From Antedon mediterranea (lineage: Eukaryota; Animalia; Echinodermata): DNA of 64,000 nucleotides. The stretch lies in the NCBI RefSeq assembly GCF_964355755.1, contig NC_092674.1, positions 1,054,001 through 1,118,000 on the forward strand, read 5' to 3'. The position numbers and the translations under genes were made by a program. The notes beneath the pieces were generated by a model. The model had not been told where the DNA came from. It saw only the letters and a list, made by a program, of their open reading frames with translations, and ran no database searches. Shown one piece after another: positions 48,078 to 60,800 of the stretch (position 1 is the stretch's first letter; each line of letters starts with the position of its first letter).

Positions 48078-51000
48078 ATGTTCAGACCAACTTTTCGGCG
48101 CAGTGAAGAGGGTGCCTTAATTCTTGAAGATACATCTGCTGCTGTAGTATTTAACAGCTTGAGAAAACGACCAACTGGCAAGTGTCTAACTCCTGATGAT
48201 GTACGCCAAGATGCCTTGAAGGAGGTGTGCAGGCTGGGTGGAAACACCAAAGATGAATGTGATGTGTTGGGCTGCTACAAGTTTCAGCATAGTAAATACA
48301 GTGGACAAACATTCAAGTGGATGGTCGAAAATGTACTGGAATATGCAGTATGTTTTGTTATTAAAATGGCTAATGAAATTCCAAGTACAAGTTCACTTAG
48401 TATTAACAAATTCAACTTTAAGAGGTACTTGGAGTCTTTCCCAGAAGGCAAAGAAGCCATAGCAATGAAAGAAATAAAACACCGCAGGAAATGCCCAACT
48501 AGACAGACATCGTACATACCTGTTGGTATTAAGCTACAAAAGGTTGAGGATGTCACAGATGAAACACTTTCTGGTACAGATGTCTTTGATGCTTCTTTGC
48601 AACCATCAACCTCATATGCACCAGGTAAGACTTATTCCATATTTGTGTTTTTTGTGCATTTTCTAAATTACAAATTTCAGGTTTTGCATTTTTAGTGCCT
48701 GTGTATGTTGTAGGCTTGCTGGGTTTACGTTTTTTTTTATGCATTCATTTATACTCAATCATAAAATCGTGTTGTTTAAATACATTGTTTTATAGCATAC
48801 TGTAGATAGCGAATGAAGTAGTAGTTTACTGCTAAATATTCTTTAATTTTCCGTCTTACAGCTCAACCAAATACATCTTATGAACCTGTTAGTACTATGC
48901 CATCCACTACAATAACTATCAAACAGAGTGAAGGTAGTTTATTTCAGTGTAATTTTAATTATTTTGTTTGATTTTAAAACTAGAAAATGAAAATTACATA
49001 ATGCAGTTTCATTAATTATACAATTTTGTTTTGGTTTTTCTTGCAGATTGTCTCATACCAGATAAATGGAAGAAGAACTTGCCCGAGATCGATCAGCAGT
49101 GGATTTCAAAAACCTTATTCAAGAAATCGAAGAAGGGGACTGCAGAGTTGGATTCAACTAAACTCAAACAACTTTGGTATTATCCACCTCAACCGGATCC
49201 GCTCAACAAAAACATACCCATGGCCAACAGTTACTTCGGTCATCGTCTTCTTCTTTGGTTGCCCCGCAAGACTTGGCAGGTCAAGCTGGTCTGCCCTCGG
49301 CCAGAATGCAAGAGCTATCCACTAACATCAGGCGGCCTCCATGGAATCGTTCGTCCGGTCCTGGATTTAGACTGCCACTACTTTCTTGCAACAGAGCAAC
49401 TGAGGTGCTCTAATTGCAAACAAAGACAAATTGGCTGGAGTGAAAACATTTTAAAGCAACTTGATTTAGCACATCGCCTTCAGTTTCCTGTTGTACTTTC
49501 GTATCACTTGGCCTGCGACAACCGGGTCCTGCAGCTTCTAAAGTACCGCGGTCTCGGTAACAGTCCATCACAGCTTCGCCAACAAGTCTTAGAACAACAC
49601 ACAAGGCGGTGGAATGAGAGAGTGGCTCTCTACTTAGAAAATTGCAAGAAGTTCTGTGGTTCTCGTGATGATTATGTCATTGCTGCTTCTAAATTTGATG
49701 AGGTGTCTAAAATGATTCCTGTTCCCTCTGTCCAATGGTTCCTTACCATCTACTGCAACGAAGTAATGGGAAGAATCGACGAACTCAAGGCTTCTATCAC
49801 ATCGACATTCGGAAGAGTGTTGAAGATTGACTCGACCAAAAGGGTAAATAATTTAAAAACAATACTATTTCTGCAATTTACTTTTAAATATTTGAATTTT
49901 ATTTTTTTTTGCAGATTGTGGGGAAGCTTTCTTCCTAATAAATTTGTTTGGGTTTTTTTGCAGATTGTAAGGAAGCTAGCCGGTCGTGCATGTGGAACAG
50001 GAGCGTGGGCAACAAACGTCGGAAATGAGTACGGCCAGGTGCTCATTACAGTCCTGACTGCTGCAGAAGGATGTGGCTTAAACAACATGACAAACGGCAT
50101 CATTAACCGATATGCTTTGGCAGGCGTACCTCCTCCCGAGATTCTCTACGTTGACCGTGACTGCTGCGGTCATTCAAGCATAAGGAAGATGTTCAGCGCC
50201 TGGCCTGACATGAAAATTCGTCTGGACATCTGGCACTTCATGAGGAGAATTGCTGCAGCTTGTTCAACAGAATCACATCAGTTGTATCCGATATTTCTCA
50301 AACGTCTTTCCGCTTGCATTTTTGAGTGGAGCGCTGACGATGTTGAACGTCTGAAGCTCGCCAAGCGTGAACAGCTCATTGCAAGCAAGAAGCATTCCAA
50401 CCCAACAGACGACATCATATTGAAAAACATCAGCAAGAAGGAGTATGCTTTACATTGTCGCAGGACAACACGAGGGACTCGCGAGACTGCCAACCTAATC
50501 CGAGAGCTCCTGACTTCCCTCGATGGTGAAGAAGGCCGTGACACAATGGGCGTCCCACTCTTAGACTCTGAGCAGACCTGGGATATCTGGAGCTCACAAG
50601 AGCGACACATCGCCTGCATCCAGGATCCAGAAGGCATCCCGCTCTACACAAAAACCAGTGAGATGCTTAAGGGTGGAGTTACCTTGCCAGTATATCGTTG
50701 CGCAAGAGGCTCCACTTCGTTGGAATCGTTTCATCTTCACCTTAACAGGTTTATTCCAGGTACAGTATTACTTTTTATTTGGTATCTACCAAATCTTCAA
50801 ACCGATCTACAGATTTTTGTATTATTTCATTATTATGGATGTTTTATTTTTTTCTCAGGTGAGCGTGCTAGCGACTTACATTTCCAAGCTTACCTGATGG
50901 ATGGACTTGTTCGATGGAATGCAAACCGTGCACTAGCCGCTACCCAGTCTGGAGGACCCATCTCCAGTACATATAGTGGACTGCATCAGCATGCTCTCAA

Positions 51001-52677
51001 CATACTGTCAGAGCAAGTGATTGGCAAAAAAGTGTACAAAAGTTTTATCATTCCAAACAAGTACACTGGAGAACTCATCGGAGTGGAGTACCTGTACAAC
51101 CAGTCGAACAAAGTGCTCGAAACTCAATTTCCTGTCAAAACAGATACCATTTATGATGAAGACTTTGATGAAGAAATTTACACTTTTGATGTTGATGAAG
51201 GGTATGATGACAAGACTCAACCAGACTACAAACCACCTAAGCGTTGTTTTAAACCTCGAAATGCTAAAGAACCCTCGCCACCCCAGCTGGAGCCCTTGCC
51301 TTCATGTGACGATAATGAGGATGATGGTGAAGGAAAAGCAGCCCTTTTTGATACAGTGAGTTAAATTTGTATCATTAGCTTCTACCTCACAAATTTTGTT
51401 TCTGTTTTGAAATACAATGCACCAGTCTGATTATATATTTTGTTTTCATATTTTACAATTTAGGAACTTGAGGATTCCACTGGACCGGACAACATTCCAG
51501 GCTACGCCAAAGTTGAAGCCCTGGCAGACTACCTTATGCAGTTTAAGGAAGACAGTGGAGTGATAAGTCAAAGTCATGCTGAACATGTCGCAAAGTTGTG
51601 GAACAACCTGGATGCTTATGACAAAACCATTAAGCGCAAAGCACGGCATCAAGATTACCTGACGAAAGGCAGGTTCAAGAAAAGTAAAACTACTTCCGTA
51701 ATACCTGGTGTCGAAAGCACTCGACGGTAAGGCAGTTTCCAGCGTTTTTTACTTTGTTGCATGATGTGTCTTAAATCTAACTTGTTTCTTTGTTTTTTTT
51801 TAAAAAGATGCTTCTTAGGTCAGAACACCGGGCCAGCTCAGTGGCCGGACTGCAATCGATATATGGAGTGCATTATTACAAAACTATGTGAAGCGTATCC
51901 ATCTACCGTATCTATCGAAGGTAAACGTTTCCAGCGCTGGCCGCTCATTACCAAAGGCTACAAGAACATTTGTCGGAAAGTGCTATCGAATGGACACCTG
52001 ATGTTGTTTGCTAAGCTTCAGTTGATGGAGATAAATCGTACGACACTCATCCAGTGGTGAGTTTTTACTTGTTATTGATTGTTATTTTACGCTACAGTAA
52101 ATACATTAAAGTTTATAAATACTGTGTTTGATTTATTTTCAACAGGTACAACAGAACGTCAAAGAAGCAAGAGCGGCAAGTGTTGGAATCTGGCATCTCA
52201 GCAACAATACCCAAACTTGTCTCTGATAAAACCCTACTTGAACCTTTAACCAAGCCAGCGGTGCTAAACGTTCATACAAGCGCTCCATCTTTCACATTTG
52301 TCCTACCGAAAAACACTTCCGGCCTAGCGACTCTAGGAAACAGACCGTCGATCCCAGTTCCTGGCGAGATAGCAAAACCACCACCATCAGTCCCTGAGGC
52401 TAGCAGTACTCGTATTCCTAGAACTACCCTCTTGTACAGAAAACGAGTGGCTAAAGACATATCGGAAGGGAAACCGATCAAAATATACAAACCAAGAACG
52501 TCTGCGATTGTGTGCTCAAAGTGTAAGCAACCAAGATTAAATAAGAACCACACTCAGTACTATGGAAATTGGTATTGTGCTGCAACATCTGATGTGACTT
52601 TTAAAGAATGGAAATCGGCTATGGTTGCCATCCGTCGCCTTCGTCAAGAGAGGAAAAAAAAGCAGCAAAAAGAATGA
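48078..52677 (+). CDS. Spliced DDE-type transposase with a DUF6729-like Cys domain and a C-terminal CCHC zinc finger
   Basis: Exons 48078-48624, 48862-48933, 49047-49843, 49964-50759, 50859-51354, 51464-51726, 51808-52056, 52146-52677. Motifs: LLLWLP..CP..C..LTSGG..RPVLDLD..Y.LATE.L.C..C (recalled as DUF6729-like), LKIDSTK (D), LYVDRDCC (D), RLDIWH (DxxH), GSTSLESFH (E) and CSKC..H..YC. No obvious stop or frameshift. Confidence 0.8.
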
Positions 52678-53915
52678 TTCCAAATGATTGTTGTAGCCAT
52701 GGATAGTTTTTATACTGTTTCGTATATCTTCAATTTTTATTTGTTCTGTGATTTTATATTCACTTTTTACAAAATATTTGTATTTTATGCAATTTGGCCA
52801 TTGGGCCACCATATCTAATGGTATTCTGAATGTGCAGTAAAGTTAATAATAATAATAAAAAAAAAAAAGTTTTTAATGCTGCCAAATCCAAAGAGCAATG
52901 ATTAATGTTGTAAATTATTTTGTAATTTTTATAAATTACATTCAGTTTTAATTATTACATTATAATTTACATTATACCATTCATTGCACTTTGTATTTGA
53001 AGGTCCCAAGCCCTTACAAAAAAAGCAGAGGGGAAACTTTTGCAGTTGAGTGTACATTAAATGGTGAATTCTATATTCTTGTCAAGACTATTTCCTTAGT
53101 AGTGTAAATTCTCAACTATTTTATATTTATTTCAAGAGCAATTCCACTACAATTCATTTTGATGTGAATCAAATAATTCATTCCACCAATTCTAATAATA
53201 TATTTTGATAATAACTCATACTATAGAGGTTATTATCCAGTAACTTTCAGTTACTCCTCTTACAGTTACACATATCCTATGATACCATGTGGCCTAGAAA
53301 AAAAGCCCCAGACAAAGTTAACGGTAATTTTGTCTAAATTTTTGAAAAAGGCTAACTTATCAAACTACTTGGAATATGGTTGGCCAATCAGAAGTCAGGG
53401 TGGGTTTTTTAAATAGTTACATAGTATTTAACATATATATACAATTTTGATTGACAATTGTTCACACCCTAAAAACACAACAAAAAACGTCTCGTCATAT
53501 TAAAAGAACTAACAATTAATACAACATATATATTGTAGTCGAATTTACCGTGTTTTAAAAAACAAAATTCATGTACTGTAGTACAAGGATTTTTCGAAAA
53601 TTGGAAAAAAAAATGTCGACTTTCTCAACTTTTAACAAAAAATTTAAGTCTTATTATTCTATTATTTAATATTTTTATTCATTTAATACATCGATCATGT
53701 GATAAACCCCTAAAATTGACAGTTTTTAGTATGCCGGTATTCAAAACAACCTCCTAGATTCTTGGGTCCCATTGGCCAATTGTCTAGTTTCCTCATTATC
53801 TAATGACCCAGTCCAATTCAGTTTTAATGACCCCACATGGCTCTGTCCATTTCTTGTCCATTTATTTTTGCGTTCTTTACCGTTTCGAGTGAGAAGATTG
53901 AGCTGTACCCTTTGC

Positions 53916-54337
53916 GCAGGGATTTTTTCCAAAATTGGCTAAATTTCGACCTTTTTATTTTTCGACAAAACTGGTTAATATGGCTCTATAAGTTGATAAC
54001 AGGCAATATATGCGCATATATAGCCATATTATTGCATAATAATTGAACTTTAAAAAGTCTATATTTTGGGCATTTTTCCAAAATTGGCTAAATTTCGACC
54101 TCTTTATTTTTTCGACAAAACTGGTTAATATGATGATACTAAGCAATATATAGCCATATATAGCCATATTATTGCATAATAATTGAATTTTAAAAAGTCG
54201 ATATTTTGGGCATTTTTCGAAAAAATCCCTGTACTATAATAATACAGGGATTTTTTACAAAATTGGCTAAATTTCGACCTTTTTATTTTTCGACAAAATT
54301 GGTTAAAATGGCTCTATAAGTTGATAATAGCCATATT
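53916..54337. repeat. Second block of the foldback-like repeat
   Basis: Same sequence family and orientation as 44505-44780 and 46200-46380 (ctggttaatatggctctataag...tagccatattattgcataataattgaa). Confidence 0.9.
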
Positions 54338-54819
54338 TCTGACACATACAGGTTCCATGTCTTAGTTCATCATCAATCTTATATTTATGCTATACAAGTA
54401 CATGGCAGTTTAGCAGAGTGCCATTCCTCATTTATACTGTACAGGTTCATATCAATTATCCAACAATTGTTATTTATTTTGCACATTATGAAGTTAAGAT
54501 TTATAACATTTATTTTGCATATTTTTTGTCTTTGTTCATATTTACCAGTCTTACCCAATAATGGATAACATTGAGTACATTTTCGTTTGATTGACTCGCC
54601 CACATTCTCCTCTATTTGCAACATTTGAACCCCTAAAACAATCTACAAACATTATTTTGAATATAGTCAATTTTGTTGTTATTATTTTTCCACAATTTTT
54701 CACTACCATACAGTAAAATATAATAATAATAATACTGTACAGGTTCTATGTCTATCATCAATGATATATATATGTTATTAAAATTCCGGACATATCAATC
54801 CTTAATAATTGCTGCCTTT

Positions 54820-57800
54820 TTATGCAAGTGTAGCACGTTTAGTAGAGTGTTCTTCTTGTCCAGTAAAGTTACCTCCTTTTGAGCTCACAAATGAATCATA
54901 TCTATAAGAGGTAAATGTTTTAAGATGCATTGATTTTTTTCACCATGCTTTATTATTTACTGTACATTTTAGCTGTGAAAAAGAAGGGGCATGCAATCCC
55001 ATTGGACACCAACCCCTAGAAACTGTTGGGCTATTGAGAACAAGTCTTGTTATATATTCTGGGTGATCTCTTCAGTCAAAGACTGGTCTTCCTGACTACC
55101 TAGTTATGATCAGTGGCTGTAATGAACTAGTACACCTGGGTAACCCCCTACTCGTCTCGAAAGATAGGTTCTTTAAAGTGCACATGAACCAGATGTGTAC
55201 ACTGGACCTATGGTTTATAGTTCTTATCCAAGAAGAACCATGGAGCGAGTAAGGCTTGAATCTTTGCCGATGTTATGGCTACGTATTACAGTTTTACCGT
55301 CTTAACCGCTCGGCCACTCTCTGTCTCTCTGTTATGCTATGCCTAATCCCTGATGTTGAAAGACTACACTATCCATTATACTTACATTTGTTGGTATCGT
55401 CGCCTCTCCTTCGCAGACACCGAGGGTTTCATTGCATTAACAGCCCTCAGAAGATTCAATTGGTTAATTTTGACCACATGACTTTGATGATGTTCGCCTT
55501 CTTCATTTAGTTCCTAATATAAGAAGAAACAAAAATAAAAAATAGCTGATAATAAACACTGAGGTGGTTTCCTGAATGGTCGTGAAATCAAAACGGTACT
55601 GGGTATGACCAACTGCGTTCTTGTCACCAACTACTGTAGCCATCCATTCATAGAAGTTCTGATGTAGCAGCCTTTCTGTATGACGACTATAGAATGGACC
55701 AGAGACATGACTAACCACAACTTTTAGTTGAAAGAAGATAGAAAAAGATAAGGAGTTGTACGTAGATGCATTTTGAATTATGTAAATATTTACATTCTAA
55801 AAATTAACGGTAATAGTTAGTATAAACAGTTTTAAGTTAATTTACCGTATAGCCAGTTGTTTTCTTGAGATTGTTCTTGCTAATCAGAGACACCTGGTTA
55901 GCAATCTTCTCCTGTGTCTCAGTGCTAACATCCACAATGCCCTCGCGTAATGTTGGCATGTAAATTAGCCTCTGTTCCAGTCGTCTCTCTTGGTACAGAG
56001 CTGGTAAGTCATAGAATGAATTGTCTTCAATGTTGTCTAAAGTTTCTAAATCTAGATAAAAAAATATAAAATGGTCTACTAATTCTACTGATATTTGATG
56101 TGACAACATAAATACAGTAAACTTTTCCAGAAATCCTGGTATTTTGCATTTGTTTTTAATGGTAAAAGGGAATTTGGGACCATTAGAAGTGAAGAAAAGT
56201 TTTGAAATGTTCCAGTTTTCAGAGAATCCGGAATTTGGAAGAGTCACCTGTATTATATTTATTTTGAAAAAGAACAAAAATAATGATGATAATAATACTG
56301 TAAATAAATCACAAAAGAACTAACCTGCGACTTCTACAAGTGGAGGCGACCTTTCCAACTTGAGAGCAGCAAATTCTCTCAAACTTGGAGTTCCCTTTCC
56401 ATTGTTTCCGTATTCTTCTTCACTTTGACTAAGCCGTACGAAGCTCGCAGAATCCGAGTCTGACCCAGAGCTTTCGGTGACTGGATGTACATTACCGTCT
56501 GCATCCAATGATTTCCCTGTCGTTGTCTTACCTCGGCCACGACTCTCCAATTGGGGCGGGTTTCCTTCGTCGAACGACACACTTTCCAAGAAGGTTAATT
56601 TCCATTCATCAGCTTCCATGCTGCGACACGTCTTCATGTGAAGTGGCGATAGTCTGTCACTACTTAGTGATTTCGTTGGGGGTGGTGATATTTGTGAGTG
56701 GATTGCGTCAAGCTGAGCGTTGTATAACAGAGCCTTTAAGTCAGCACCAGTGAAGAATTCACAATGTTCAATTACATTATCAAAGTTAACATCATCATCT
56801 AAAGTCATGTTCAGTGACAAGGCAAGTAGTATACCAAGTTGTTCACACTGTTACCAACATAAAATAGCATAAGTATGTTGAATTAATGTTGTGTTTACAT
56901 TGTACAGAACTGTATCGAAAAAGCTAATTACATTAGAACTACTGCACCAATTATGTATCATGTATTTAAACTGCAAATAAAGATATGCACAAAATGATTG
57001 GCTTGAAGTTTGGAATATCAAACAATAAGGTAAGTGGAGTTGTAGCTTGGTGGTTAACATGCTTGCCTTCCAATCCCAAGGTCTGGGGTTCAATCCCGAC
57101 CTAGTGCCAGGGTTGTAACTCACGAATCTTTCAAATGAGACTTAGTTTACAAGCATGATAATTTATTAAATAGTTTATCCATCCTGTAATTGGCGAGATA
57201 CTCAATGTTGGATGCATATGAAATAAAAAAAAAAATCTAAATATACTAAACTATACCTTATTTGGAATTGGACAGTAGAGACATTTATCTAATCGGCCTG
57301 GTCGGAGCAGCGCTGGGTCAATGAGGTCAGGTCTACTAGTAGCTGCTATGATGTATACTCCATCTAAACCCTCAACACCATCCAGCTGAGTCAGAAGTTG
57401 GTTCACAACCCTGTCAGTTACACCTGTACTATCATGACCTCGCCTGTCAAAAGTAACACAGTTGTCAGATTGTTTTTCAGGTGCTTGCGCTGTGAGTTTG
57501 GGGTAAAGAGCGCTTTTTTTAGGTGCTTGCGCTGTGAGACTCCAGTAAGAGCGCTTTATAAATTGTCGATAGCGAAAGCACACCCTAACTTCCTCACATG
57601 CCCACAATGAATTTAATGATCAAACTTATTCATAGGTTGTTGCAATCCAAAAGTTGCCTAATGGTGAAGCAGAGTTCTTGTCCAATTTATTCCAAGATTT
57701 TTAACTGAAATGGTGTTTTAAATGTTTTACAGTATTATACTGTAACCTATTGTATCCAAATTGTACTAAAACCACATAACATTTGCATATTCAAATGTTA

Positions 57801-60800
57801 AAATTAACCATATACAAATAATTATGTTTCATTTAAAACATGTACCTAGGAGCAAGTGCATCAAATTCGTCAAAGAAGAGAATGCAAGGCTTTGCACTTT
57901 GAGCACGTCTAAAGAGGTCACGAACTGCTTGCTCACTTGCGCCAATGTATTTGCTAAGCAACTCTGGACCCTGAAAAACAACAATCATGACATTTGTATG
58001 CTGTTGACATTACACTTTTTGAGTCAGTATGATCTGTTTTAGTCATGTCTAAGGTAATAGCTTGCTGTTTACAATGCAGAGGTCGCCGTGGGTGTATGTG
58101 TCAGAGGTCAGCGTGAGTTTAAAACAAAAATGATGTGGTGTTTCTTTACCTTACCTTTATACTGATGAAGTTCAAACCACATTCCTTAGCAACTGCGCCC
58201 CCTAGTAAGGTTTTTCCTGTACCGGGAGGTCCATACAACAACAAACCAGACCTCAGTCGTAATGGGCAGTTTTTAAAAAGCTGTGGATACTATACAAAAA
58301 TATAAATACTATGTTTTGTGGTTATATGATTCAGTAGTTATGTCCACTTTGTTTTATTATTTTACATATGGTATTTGTGAAAAATTCAACTCTAGGAATT
58401 AAATAAAAATAATGAAATTAGTTAATACAATAATAACTAGATTTAATTCGTCACTATGACGAATTATAGGTTATATGCATTGATTTAAATAAAGATAATT
58501 GATTTTTAAAATATATATTGATTGATTGATTTTCTCAGAATCTTTAATTATTTATAATATATGATAGGCCCTTGCTAACGCATAATGCGTATAATGTCAT
58601 AAACCACATTTGTTGTTACATAATAATAAAGACATAAGTTAATTTTTATCTAGATTTCATTATAAATCATGTGTATAATCTATACACTAAGAAATAAATT
58701 TGAACAAACAATACGGATAATAAAAAAAAAATCTTATTTCGTTTCCCAAGGTGAGACTCGATCTCGGTACCTTGAATGCCATAGACACGAGCACAGACCA
58801 CCGAGCCGTACACAACTGACTAAAAGTTGTAGAAAAATTTCTCCGTGTATTTACTATGCAGTAACCACTTTGATGCAAATAGATTATTACATACCGAAAT
58901 GAATTATAATTTTTTACTATGATGACATCTTTAAAATGTATACAAATGATGCACTGTCAAACTACATACTTTTAACTTTAATATATGAATTTTTGAAGGA
59001 AGAAAGTTAATGTTAAGTTTGATATTTTGGCCTAAGAAAATGTCATAATTTGTTTGATTGTCGAAATTATTTTTTTAAAATTTAATATGCAATTAATGAT
59101 TTAATCAACTTTTGTTCTCTTTATTTGATAATAAATCATACATATGATACATACACTTCAAGAAAATGAAATATAAAAATAGGTGTTCCCCTGCATTCTG
59201 ACGATATATATTAATTTAAAAATTTAGCATATTTTCACCATTTTGTTAACTTATACGTGTGTAGCCAGTCACTTTTGACGTGCTCGTATAACGCAATTTC
59301 GAGTTGAAACCTGAATCAAATATGATGATATTATTAAAGAAAGATTGTAAAACAGAAATCGGGCAAAAAGAGTGCGCATTAACGTTTAACGCGCAGTGCG
59401 CGTGCAAAAATCTGCGCACTCATGGCATTTTTTAAACGCTTAAATTTTGACAATTTTGAACATTTTAAGCGCGCGTACGCAAGCGTTATATGCGCTACGC
59501 ACATAATTTTATTGCCATATGATGAAATATGACCTGAAATTTATGAATACCAAATTTTGTTTAATTGTGATTCATGCTTGTGAAGATATGATTACAAACG
59601 TGATTTCGTAAAATCGCGCGTAGACCGCGTAATTTTTGATTACGCATCGTGAAAATATAACCACATCGATTCCTGGCCATGAGGAATATACTCTGAAAAC
59701 TTGACTTAGCTAGATTAAACTGATGCCAAGATAATGCACGGACAAAATAGTGCTAAGGAAAGAATAAATAAATAAATAAATAAATAAAGATTTTGACAGA
59801 ATCAAGAGGTTATATGCATATCATGCATATAACCTAATAATAATACATTTGGACTTTTAAGCGCATAATGTATAAAGCCTCTATGTGCTTCACAAGTAAA
59901 AGTAATAACAAAAATAAAAAAGAGCAATTTAAAAAAATAAAATAATAATAATTATTTACCTTTGCTGGCCATAGTAATGTCTCTAACAAAACCTTCTTAA
60001 CTTCTTCTAGTCCTCCAACATTCTTCCATGACAAATCACCCGAATTATGTAATGGAACATCCCGTAGAGTTGCTGGGGTGTAGTTCTGCAGTGCACATTC
60101 AAAATCCTCATCAATTAGGATTATACCATTATTCTCAGAGGATGTATCTAGATAGAATATCACAGAAATGTTTGTAGAATTAATTTATATAAATAATAGC
60201 AAGTTCGTTCCTATATATTAACTTGTCAGACACTAAAAACTCTTTTATAAGTCACCCTACCTCGAGGGGTGGTGCCAGCCCAAATCCCATCAGTCATTTC
60301 TCTACTACAGGCAGCATGAATGGCCCTTTCAAGCACCGTCATCATGTCTTTGGCAACATAGCCTTCAATTCGTGATGCTAAGTCTGTAAGGTCAAGTTGC
60401 TCTAGGCTTGCCAGGTCAACTTCTATCTTGTTCTGAATCATTGATGTCAGCATATCCTCCCTCTTTTTCTGTAGACATATAATATTTAATTATTATCTAA
60501 ACACAGTGTAAAACCAACTTACAAACCAATGACACTTAAATTGGTCTTTAAACAGGCCTTGTCATTTGGAAATTGTAGGTGTGCTACACAGTGCACGCTG
60601 TTTGTATATTAGTGTCTGCAAGTTTCCAAATTGAAGTGTGCTGTGAATCATTTTTAACCGTGATCGCACTCCCATGATAAAAAAGGCAAAAGCGTACCAT
60701 TAAAATGAGCCTAGTAGTATTTCAGCATGTTACAGAGCTCAAACTTGAACATGGGACCATAGATAAATAACCAGTAACTTACAGTATCCAATGGTTTAAT

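Noticed and set aside
49031-51364. 777-aa ORF as a single-exon protein
   Set aside because: It contains two T-rich GT-AG segments that interrupt conserved motifs and translate to low-complexity hydrophobic sequence. They are treated as introns.
57033-57110. Functional tRNA gene
   Set aside because: A and B boxes are present but the acceptor and anticodon stems do not pair properly. It is better explained as a SINE head.
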